Below are positions 19,001-25,979 of a stretch of 64,000 nt of DNA, piece after piece (the stretch's first letter is position 1; each line of letters opens with the position of its first letter). The position numbers and the translations under genes are program-made. Source of the DNA: Candidatus Obscuribacteraceae bacterium (GTDB taxonomy: Bacteria > Cyanobacteriota > Vampirovibrionia > Obscuribacterales > Obscuribacteraceae); the NCBI GenBank assembly GCA_044226015.1, contig JBGAHS010000010.1:192001-256000 (forward strand), given 5' to 3'. Under the pieces are notes generated by a model. That model did not search any database, was not told where the DNA came from, and worked only from the letters and a program-made list of their open reading frames with translations.

Positions 19001-21345
19001 CTGGTGCCAGCGTCAGTGGACCTGTTGTCAATTTGAGTACAAGCAAGGGCACCGTTACACAGGTCGATGTGGGCACGAGCACAATAAGTGCCGGTCAGGT
19101 CATACTTTCAGGTACCTCTATTGGAACGGCAAGTACTAAGACTGTTGTCTTCAGCTCTAACTCTGCCAGTCCTGTGCAAGCAACTCTGAATGCTACGACA
19201 GGAGCCGCTTACGTCACAGTAGGTGGCTCTGGAGGTGTTGATTTTACTGGCACTAGCAATATCAAAACCATAGCTTCTGTCACCACAAATGGTGTTAATG
19301 CGCCGATCAACTTTAAGTCAGGAGCGACGCTGACCGCGGGAACTTCTGTTGCCCTCAGCTCTACTGGTGGTATCACTCAGTCTGCTAGCTCGGCTACAAT
19401 AATTTCACCCATTATCAATTTGAGTGATTCCAGCGCGAGCGGTATAGGATCCGTCGGTCAAGGTATAGTAGTGAGCAATGTCGTTGGCAAAACTACTCCA
19501 ATAACACTTACTGTGAATGACACCAGTTCTGCTTTCCTTAATTCAAACTCTTCTGTGAACATTGCGCCGAGCAAAGTCGGGGCGGTGGCATTGAGCAATT
19601 TCACTCTGGTGAGTGCAGGAACCATCACTGTTACAGGTCCTCTAACTAGTGGCGATTTTGTCAGCCTGAGCACAACTGGCGCGGGTGCAAACATTTTGAC
19701 TTCTGGTTCTGGGCTTATCACTGGCACAATCTCACTGAGCAGTGCCCATGGAAGCATCGGCACTACTGCAGCTCCTCTAAAGGTAAATACGACTTCACTG
19801 GTCAGTACAAATGCTCCAGAAGGAACAGTTGCAATTTCAAACTCCAATACATCGACTCTTGGAATTAATGGAAACAGTACTGCCAAGAATGGGTATTCTG
19901 TGACTACTGCTGGACCTCTTGTGATTAACAGCAATGTCAGCACATCGGGCGCTGTCTCCGGGTCTAAGCTGGGTAACATCAACCTCGTAGGTAAGGGTAA
20001 CGTCGTTGTATCTGCAAATGTTACGTCTGAAGAAGGAAGCATCAAGATTCAAGATACTGATGCCGCGAATGGCTCAATAACTGTCTCTGACAATAAGAAC
20101 ATCAAGAGCCATCTTGCTGTTAATACTGGTACAACGGCCGGTCAAGTTTCCTTGATTGTTGGACCATCTACATCTACTGCTAATCAGTCTCCTCCATACA
20201 ATCCTGGAAACAGTTTTGTCTTGAATGCTAATGGTGGAAAAATTTACTTCGGTGCTAATCCTACTGGTGTAAAAGTTTCCAGTGGACAAGCTACGATTAA
20301 TGCCATAAACCAAAATGTGTTCTTTAATACATCAACGCCAACCGGTAAGATTACGTTAGGCAATGGAGTAATCGTTGAAGCTGACCCACCGCCTCTCGTA
20401 CCGACAATCGCATCACCTGCAAGCAGTGCTAGCGCATCAGCGCAGTCATTGCAGCTGGGCTCTATTGCTACTCCATCTGCTATTGTAGGGTCTGTTGCAC
20501 CAATCGCAAACATCGCATCTGGATTTGTCCCGCTCGCGCAGGCTTCGATGCCGGTGCCGACCGACTTAACTGCTAGTCGCATCTCAGCACTTGGGAACAG
20601 ATCTGTTGGCTTCGCGCATGGTGGCAGTGACTCTGTTGGAGAAATGTCACTCGGAGAGATGGCTACGCTCGACGGAACGGGAATTCATTCATCGCAAGGC
20701 GTGCTTGCTGGTGTCGCAGTGATTAATTCAGCGAATTCTAACTCTATCAGTGCTGAGTCGCTTCGCGGTTCTGTTAGCCAGGGGATTGCACCATCCAGTT
20801 TTGTATTGAGTGAAGGACAAATTCTACTTGCGCCATCGAAAGACATTTCGGTTCACACGCCATCAGGTACGGTGCATGTCGACAAGGGTGCGATAGCACT
20901 ACTGCTGGTAACCCCAGAGACAACCTCTATATACAACCTTCATGACGGACATCGCAACTCTGTCTCCATAACTGCCGAGCGCCAGACCATCAATCTTTTG
21001 CTTGGTGAGCATGCAAGCCTGAGCTCAGGAAATGGTGACTTTGCAGATGTAAACTTGCTTGTTGAGGTCAGCCATGCCGACCTGAAGTCGCAAAAGCTAG
21101 CGAACAACACGAGCTTGCACAGAAGTAAGTTTTCGTTGACTTCACTGTTGGGATCTGGTGTTCTCTCCAATCTCAAGCAAGCTGACAACAGCACAGAAAA
21201 GCGTGTTACAGCTCGCCTCCACAAGAACGCCGCTATCATGATGCAGTTCCGTCTGCCTTCCTCGCCTTACGTGAAAATGCAGAGCAAGAGTGTCGGACGA
21301 ATTGCACAGAAGAAAGCACCAGTGACATTGCTTGCTGAGAAATGA
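13078..21345 (+). CDS. Giant secreted filamentous-haemagglutinin-like protein with YVTN-type beta-propeller (paralog 2)
   Basis: GAGG RBS then ATG 13078; signal peptide (...VWA-Q). N-terminus is nearly identical to paralog 1 (PINLDLSSKNRNLTA, TPAERLAV.QVLSTGQQSILLGSLGNAIGGSFNIG) and the domain order is the same. Confidence 0.8.
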   Translation: MTKNLSAAVVYMLAFQVAVPSLVWAQARPGSTGNSTGTGSSGVPINLDLSSKNRNLTATNLGSSGQVDIKVGSQMMTVNASTLLTPAERLAVFQVLSTGQQSILLGSLGNAIGGSFNIGSKFNQYASGLVIPGGVTAIQNAAVNNSLNLTGNLVNAGNYLGVSTSQSYTNLLLGAANIYNNPGGHISTVLPAGGLAGYSNAISNVNLTLSALNNIVNSGSITSSGNLNLVAGNSVINALPPGTTGSAPVLQAVGDVNFNAGQIVNSGLISSLTGNVNFATQAQQSLLVDNGGGAIKALLGNINVRDPQFSGKYDVNLAGGDWLSKQLNVNSGDGAVRLNVGKLTGALNVTGGTAHVVADTSSLVLGTMNLSGDPLFSGTGDVTISTPMTFPGVDLAIVAGGNILTSATAVSLDTHSNGVGGSITLVAGANFVVNGLPANEDITITGASASGGKIDLLTKAPASFSINSSGVSGDAGNIQFIAFSGKADASGSITIPSTVPISANSTSGKAGNITFIAGGAGAIPNTSAKLSISGGYTQSGSSVTLNSIGTISAVGSAGSGDITLSTSQPVVSNGGVNILQGTIKSGNFSTSTPVAAKSGRVTLGTVTGSGKLTVTAGDSILFRNAVKVDGDATVNATANNGGITFTNNFVSGGNVTLGANGAGTISTPNQYLTSVAGGGNYQMGVAASPDGTVVVMPNFSSNNVNIINTANNSSTIISLTGTINSGPRGAVISPDNKFAYIVGLDVQGANRTGKVIVIDLSSKSVSTTYNFTATGTPSTFDPQLIAVSQNTGKIYVLSAFNGQQDAQVTVIDPLNPLSPQNIVVTGSKGGASGNSNLAGGIAVNAQGTLAYIASPASNNIAVLDLKTNTVMSTISLSSVSPNSFGPVSIAFNTTGTRIFVGENVVFAKSGKILTIDAVPSSPNFNKVISSSLTFSATSASAGFFPQALTMNPTNTSLIVEPTYLELQTTFNPLTLQNVDNTGIGTSLAPDNYGSNTFSTIVNNNGVRNIRTYIACPTHTNPLSGTMAIIQSPTIMAKNLTMSSGTGQISANYDVQGGTMKVNTGGSVILSNVGSAASTVGASSAGTGGSVFQLGSVAGLSITGNITAGGLINISANTGGIALGANIGSAATSSVTLEAAGTGSITQTAGLLSGKVINLFATGGGSIGVNSGSRVKTATNSLNYFATTPTGNIYLQNTGTLTLNSINMEGTFDLVNTGAITSKQLISAGNVSLITSSGSSAITLAGITAPDAGTINLQTSGSGAISSTGQLKALAGITLTSASGSIGSSAKPLSLHTSNLTALTSGSGSVYLTDDVAITSMGASGGQTFQLSANGDITTSAISGKTINLSVTAANGAVTLGGNIGASTSTVTIKAAGTGKVLQTSGTLAASSLTVTTGSGDIDLSAAANNVAKFSLSSSAGGAIKLDNTGSSATGSQTLSLAKGSSVDINTAGNLIIAGSVGQGGASTVTLQSGGSITQSASTASVTAGSVSLDAVGGVGTSTAPIKTVTSKIIALGSTAAGKLGVYISNTGDLDILGVTGQTVSLTSTGAITQNTLPTNLIEANTLILKSGTNFDIGASGSPLHATGVGGAFNPSTVNLTVTSGGDTYFSAGSGSQSSLVTLNFTGKSTAAGSKGFSIATEISGASAPGAITFASGASMVASNPSAQVVLSTVNGTSGASITQAKTGTSIFAPSAVISGGNIGTLSIPLGVSALKATDSLTLQSTNTVASSTYLNAASNVILSGASSSSKDFNLSSTGNISMSSTGSFNAAQSMTVTAKGSITQDIASAGFSALFATLSSGAGGTGTLAIPVVVNSKSGSILNLTATSAGNVFLKAPSSGVGESLSLAASNAKGSLGFNLQSVNTVTLVQAAVAGVTAPSVSIQVSGAGQSILESGAGVGISGTTVNLKAGAGGTIGDTSPVNVVGSTVKLTANADSVNLGSTSGIINLVGNNTATAALGTGFKLNAAGNIVIAAGASVSGPVVNLSTSKGTVTQVDVGTSTISAGQVILSGTSIGTASTKTVVFSSNSASPVQATLNATTGAAYVTVGGSGGVDFTGTSNIKTIASVTTNGVNAPINFKSGATLTAGTSVALSSTGGITQSASSATIISPIINLSDSSASGIGSVGQGIVVSNVVGKTTPITLTVNDTSSAFLNSNSSVNIAPSKVGAVALSNFTLVSAGTITVTGPLTSGDFVSLSTTGAGANILTSGSGLITGTISLSSAHGSIGTTAAPLKVNTTSLVSTNAPEGTVAISNSNTSTLGINGNSTAKNGYSVTTAGPLVINSNVSTSGAVSGSKLGNINLVGKGNVVVSANVTSEEGSIKIQDTDAANGSITVSDNKNIKSHLAVNTGTTAGQVSLIVGPSTSTANQSPPYNPGNSFVLNANGGKIYFGANPTGVKVSSGQATINAINQNVFFNTSTPTGKITLGNGVIVEADPPPLVPTIASPASSASASAQSLQLGSIATPSAIVGSVAPIANIASGFVPLAQASMPVPTDLTASRISALGNRSVGFAHGGSDSVGEMSLGEMATLDGTGIHSSQGVLAGVAVINSANSNSISAESLRGSVSQGIAPSSFVLSEGQILLAPSKDISVHTPSGTVHVDKGAIALLLVTPETTSIYNLHDGHRNSVSITAERQTINLLLGEHASLSSGNGDFADVNLLVEVSHADLKSQKLANNTSLHRSKFSLTSLLGSGVLSNLKQADNSTEKRVTARLHKNAAIMMQFRLPSSPYVKMQSKSVGRIAQKKAPVTLLAEK

Positions 21346-21374
21346 AAATCAAAGCTTGATTTGCTACGATGCAG

Positions 21375-22445
21375 TTACTTTGCTTTCTTCAAGTCTTCTT
21401 CAGCTTCTTTATTCTGACCGAGCAGCTTGTATGCTTTCGCGCGCCCTCTATAGGGTTCTTTCCATGTTGGTATCAAGTCAATCGCTTGTGTATAGACCTC
21501 GATTGCTTTCTTCACTTCGTATTCTCGAAGACCAGTTTTTGCTGGCGGACCATACACACCATCCAAATATTTGTTGCCGACGTTGTTGTACTGTCGCGCA
21601 CGTTGCTGAACTCGCATCTCGTAAACTTTGCGAGATTTCGGGCTGTGCTTAGCTTCTAGATAATCTTCATAAAAGCGGAGATAGTTGGCAAACCATTCGG
21701 GTATTATGCTATTCGTTGCCTCGTAGCTCGCTTTGTTTACACGAGCCATTCCCTTGTCAAAAAGAGTTTCACCTTTTGCTTTTGGTTCGCGGCGCAGATA
21801 GTACTTTCCAAGTTCGAAACATGAGCAAGAATAGCTTGGTTCAGTCACTAAGACCGCCTTCTCTTCCGCTCTAAGAAGCGTGTCAAACAATGGAAGGTCT
21901 TCTTTTGAGCAGTCTTGCAATAAAAAAGAAGTTGCATGGCGGGCGAAGTCTTCGAGAATGTAACCGCGTTTTTTTGATGACCTTTCTGCCGCATAAAGAG
22001 CTGGGTCGCTGGTCAACCTTATGGCCAGCTTAATTCCTTTTCTGGCATTCTCCTGCGCTGCCGGTTCGCTGAGTTTCCTTTCTGCTGCTCGCACGATACA
22101 TTGAAAAAACTCAGTTCGGAGTGGCTCGAACTCTTCCGGTAATTCTTGCTTTTGTTTTTCTTGAGTTTTGTTTACTTGAGTTGGCGATACATCACCTTGT
22201 CTTGCTTGAGCTGTGGATACATCGCTTAGTCCTGCTTGAGCCAGGAAATTCAGCGTTCTTGCTTGTGCTTGATTATCCTTTTGTCTTTGCTTTGCTGCTT
22301 CATCGAATGGAGTCGTCTTTTGGTTTTCCAAAACATTGCTAATTTCGCACGCATTCAGCGCTTGGCCAGAAGCCCAGGAGCCCAAGCTTGATGCCAGCAT
22401 AAGGGTGAAAAACATCTCTGCAGTGAACTTGGAAGTGAGCACCAT
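21375..22445 (-). CDS. Exported helical protein with C-terminal TPR
   Basis: Long ORF with a hydrophobic N-terminal segment; C-terminal TPR AIEVYTQAIDLIP..EPYRGRAKAYKLLG. Start uncertain (22445 or 22415). Confidence 0.65.
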   Translation of the reverse strand: MVLTSKFTAEMFFTLMLASSLGSWASGQALNACEISNVLENQKTTPFDEAAKQRQKDNQAQARTLNFLAQAGLSDVSTAQARQGDVSPTQVNKTQEKQKQELPEEFEPLRTEFFQCIVRAAERKLSEPAAQENARKGIKLAIRLTSDPALYAAERSSKKRGYILEDFARHATSFLLQDCSKEDLPLFDTLLRAEEKAVLVTEPSYSCSCFELGKYYLRREPKAKGETLFDKGMARVNKASYEATNSIIPEWFANYLRFYEDYLEAKHSPKSRKVYEMRVQQRARQYNNVGNKYLDGVYGPPAKTGLREYEVKKAIEVYTQAIDLIPTWKEPYRGRAKAYKLLGQNKEAEEDLKKAK

Positions 22446-22651
22446 GTCGCTGAACCTGTGGATGTAATGTACTAGTTGGATCAATGCGGTATCTGAGCAA
22501 GTTCATTATGCTGGCATCGGGAGACTAGGTTTACGGATGCCAGAGGAAACCGCAGTTTAAACGCGAGCCTACTGTCAGTCAGATGCTTGCTTGATCAATC
22601 ATATCCTTACTGACTAGTGCCAATCATACAGGATTTAGTATAGACTATCCA

Positions 22652-25090
22652 TTGCGGCAAAATGAAGCAATTACTTTGGAAAACTATGCGGGCGATTCAG
22701 TAGGCAGTCTATTTGAGGGGCGATATCACCTCAAAGAGCTGCTTGGCTCAGGTGGCTTTGCAACCGTCTACAAAGCCTGGCAAACTGACCTCGGGCGAGA
22801 AGTTGCGGTAAAGATTTACCATTCATTTGTTGCCGATGACGATAACTTTGTTCAGAGATTCATGCGGGAAGCTCAGGCACTGAACAAGATTCATCACGAA
22901 AATGTTGTGAGCATTTATCATATTGGATCTTCAAAGAATGGCGCACCATATATGGTGATGGAACTTCTCGGTTCTGACAATCTCAGGCGCTTGATGAACG
23001 AATCTAAGCCACCAACACTTCTTTCATTGCGCATTATGCGTGATGCTGCTAATGCGCTTGATTTTGTTCATCAGAACGGTATTGTACATCGCGATTTAAA
23101 GCCAGATAACATTGTTTTTGTGAGCAAGCCCGAGCCGTACACTGTCAAGATAATTGACTTCGGTTTAGCGCGTGACTCGCGGACAGAAAATCAAAAACTG
23201 ACTCAAACAGGCGAACTGCTTGGTACACCGCATTACATGAGCCCGGAGCAGTGTGCGGGACTGAAGGTTGACGCGGCTTCCGACATTTATTCTCTTGCGC
23301 TTGTTTTATATGAATCCCTTTCCGGGATGCGCCCATATGAAGCTGATAGCGCGATGGGAATTCTCTACAAACAGCTGAACGACCCTTTACCAATGCTTTC
23401 ACAAGATGATGTAGATGGCAGTTTTGACAAAATAAATCGAATCTTGCGCAAAGCAACAGAGAAAGATCCAACCCAGCGCTACAAAAATATGGCTGAATTC
23501 GCTAGCGATATCCAGCGTGCCATCGATGAACTTGAAGCTGACACTCGTGACGTGAGTGATTTGCGTCGAATCTATTTTGACGTGAAGAAGTTCCGTACTG
23601 CGCTTGCGGTTCTTTTGCTGCTAGCAATTGCTGCTTTTTATTTTAGCCAGACCAAGAAGAGTATGACTCCGCAGTTCGATAAGAAAGAAGCTAAGGTTAC
23701 TGCCTACGAAAAGAAGCTTGAGCAAGCGATGGCTGGTCCGAGTATTCGCAGTAAGATGGTGAAGATGGCTTATTTCTTTGAGAAAACAGTTAGTGAGCAA
23801 GACCTTGCAGAGCGTGCATCTTATCGCAAAGTACTTTTGACAAACCTAGATCGTTTGTTAGATGAAGCGAAGACTAGCAAAACAGATAAGTGGATTTTTC
23901 TTTGTATCCGCATGAAAGCAAGATTGATGAGCTATAAACATGATTATTTGGAAGCGATAAAGTTAACAAATGAAGCGCTGCGGTATTGCCATAAACCTGA
24001 TGGCAGCCTGTATTTTGATGCGGCTGATTGTTATTTACAGCTGGCTGAAATTCAGGTGCTGGTTTCCTTGGACGAAAATAAGATTCGAGAAAATGCGCTG
24101 AAGTGTATCCAGATTTGCAAGGAAAAAGGAGATGAGACCTTCGACCTGCCAGAGGAAGAGCGTCGCTATCTAACACGTCCTGCCTTCATCATGAGATGTC
24201 TTGCGCTTTTAGCCCAGTCTTACATGCGCACCGGCGAAATAGAAAAGGCTATACAGGCTTCGAAACAGGTCTTCGAATCGATGAACTTTATTCGTGGTGC
24301 CCGCTTCTTTCCGTTCAATTATTGCGAGGCTCTTTTTCTTGCTGGAAAGCAAAAGGAAGCTTTGCAAGCTGCTTCGAAGATTCTCTACAACTTGCGGAAC
24401 CGAAAGACTTCGCTGACAGAGCGAGAAGATTTTGAGACATTCTTGTTGCTCGGCGATTGGTATATGCGTCACGAATTTTTCGACGAATCCAAATCTACTT
24501 ACAAAGCTGCCATCGAGTATGCTGATGAGTGCAATGCGAATTTGCTGCACGGCGCAAATGCAATGCATTGGAAAAAAGAGACAGCAAAGCTCAGGAGCTA
24601 TCTTGCGGATCCCATGGCTCATTATATGCAACTATGTTCGGAGCACGCTGTTGACTCTTCTATTAGATTCCTGAACTGGGGCGCGGCCGTTGAGGAGCTG
24701 GGAGAAAGCATAAAGCGCGATAGTCGACCGAGTATTTACTACAAGTATGCTTTTGTCTATCGTTATCTTGCACTGCTGCACACTAAGGGGCTTGAGGCTG
24801 CTTTGTCTTCTCTGGCAGAGGTGAAGAAATTTGATGATGGAAAAGAGTTTCCTGATTTGCTGATTCAGTACTTTCTGGGTGACATTGATGAGAAGAAGCT
24901 CTTGGCTGGAACTCCCCTTGCTGAGCAAAATCATGCTCATTTCTTCATCGCTGAGAAGCGACTTGCCATGAATGATAAGGAATTTGCGCAAAGAGAGTTT
25001 GATTTCGTTTTGAGGAATGGCGATCAGGCACAGTTTTATTACAAAGTCACGCTATGGGAGCAATCGAGGTTTCAAACATCGAACCATTAA
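22652..25090 (+). CDS. Membrane Hanks-type Ser/Thr protein kinase with extracytoplasmic TPR region
   Basis: GSGGFATVY, VAVK, HRDLKPDN, DFG and GTPHYMSPE motifs; TM segment ALAVLLLLAIAAFYF; helical TPR-like C-terminal half. Confidence 0.92.
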   Translation: MRQNEAITLENYAGDSVGSLFEGRYHLKELLGSGGFATVYKAWQTDLGREVAVKIYHSFVADDDNFVQRFMREAQALNKIHHENVVSIYHIGSSKNGAPYMVMELLGSDNLRRLMNESKPPTLLSLRIMRDAANALDFVHQNGIVHRDLKPDNIVFVSKPEPYTVKIIDFGLARDSRTENQKLTQTGELLGTPHYMSPEQCAGLKVDAASDIYSLALVLYESLSGMRPYEADSAMGILYKQLNDPLPMLSQDDVDGSFDKINRILRKATEKDPTQRYKNMAEFASDIQRAIDELEADTRDVSDLRRIYFDVKKFRTALAVLLLLAIAAFYFSQTKKSMTPQFDKKEAKVTAYEKKLEQAMAGPSIRSKMVKMAYFFEKTVSEQDLAERASYRKVLLTNLDRLLDEAKTSKTDKWIFLCIRMKARLMSYKHDYLEAIKLTNEALRYCHKPDGSLYFDAADCYLQLAEIQVLVSLDENKIRENALKCIQICKEKGDETFDLPEEERRYLTRPAFIMRCLALLAQSYMRTGEIEKAIQASKQVFESMNFIRGARFFPFNYCEALFLAGKQKEALQAASKILYNLRNRKTSLTEREDFETFLLLGDWYMRHEFFDESKSTYKAAIEYADECNANLLHGANAMHWKKETAKLRSYLADPMAHYMQLCSEHAVDSSIRFLNWGAAVEELGESIKRDSRPSIYYKYAFVYRYLALLHTKGLEAALSSLAEVKKFDDGKEFPDLLIQYFLGDIDEKKLLAGTPLAEQNHAHFFIAEKRLAMNDKEFAQREFDFVLRNGDQAQFYYKVTLWEQSRFQTSNH

Positions 25091-25159
25091 ATTTGGACCA
25101 GAGAGTGTTTCAAAGACTGTAAACTAGCGGTTCCTTTCACTGTGGTCTGCCTGTTCGGA

Positions 25160-25531
25160 ATGAACTATTTAATTGTTTTTCTTGGCGCTGGAATTGGCGG
25201 AGTTCTTCGCTTCTTAATGAGTGGCGCGCTGCAGAAGGCAAGTGGATGGTCTTTTCCGATCGGGACATTTTCGGTAAACATGCTTGGCTGTCTGGTCATT
25301 GGTTTTCTGGGTCAACTCGCTGAGTCGAGGGGGCTATTTCAAGGTGAAATGCGTTTGTTCCTGTTTGTTGGAATTCTTGGCGGGTACACGACATTTTCGA
25401 GCTTCGGTTTTGAAACTTTTCAGTTGATTCGTGATGGTGAATTTTTATATGCGGCACTAAATGCGGTGCTTCAAGTTGTGCTTGGACTTTTTTGCGTCTG
25501 GTTAGGAACTGTACTGGGAAAACTTCTCTAA
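25160..25531 (+). CDS. crcB: Fluoride efflux channel CrcB/Fluc
   Basis: GAGIGGVLRF, FPIGTFSVN and GILGGYTTFSSFGFET signatures; ATG 25160. Confidence 0.95.
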   Translation: MNYLIVFLGAGIGGVLRFLMSGALQKASGWSFPIGTFSVNMLGCLVIGFLGQLAESRGLFQGEMRLFLFVGILGGYTTFSSFGFETFQLIRDGEFLYAALNAVLQVVLGLFCVWLGTVLGKLL

Positions 25532-25541
25532 GGGAAATGAA

Positions 25542-25883
25542 ATGTTGCCTGAAAATGGTCATCTGCTGCGAATCTTCATTGGCGAAGCTGAAAAGCATGA
25601 AGGAAAGTCCCTTTACGAGTGGATTGTAAGAAAGGCAAAGGAACAAGGGCTGGCGGGTGCAACGGTAATGCGGGCGATGCAAGGGTTTGGAGCTCATAGC
25701 CAGATACACACTTCCAAACTGCTCGACCTGTCCACAAATTTGCCCATCATTGTCGAAATCGTTGATGATTTGCAGAAAATAGAAGACTTTTTGCCACTAT
25801 TAGATGCTGTTTTGGAAGAGGGGCTCGTCACCGTAGAACGCGTGCACGTCAGATTCTACAGGAATCGTAAGAAGAAAGATTGA
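25542..25883 (+). CDS. DUF190 family (PII-like) protein
   Basis: LLRIFIGE, GLAGATV.R...GFG and LSTNLPIIVEIVD; the usual neighbour of crcB. Confidence 0.92.
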   Translation: MLPENGHLLRIFIGEAEKHEGKSLYEWIVRKAKEQGLAGATVMRAMQGFGAHSQIHTSKLLDLSTNLPIIVEIVDDLQKIEDFLPLLDAVLEEGLVTVERVHVRFYRNRKKKD

Positions 25884-25979
25884 CATGAGGATGATTGTGG
25901 CGCCCTCAGTCTTAAGGTCGATTTGCCGCCATGCTTATCTGCCATAATTAGAGTATAGCTAACGAAGGAGAAACTTTTC

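Noticed and set aside
5009..21239. Numerous minus-strand ORFs inside the giant genes
   Set aside because: Antisense shadows of biased Ser/Thr/Gly codons; no independent features.
25091..25159. Fluoride riboswitch upstream of crcB
   Set aside because: I could not find the GGxGATGG...CTxATG core; an Infernal search would be decisive.
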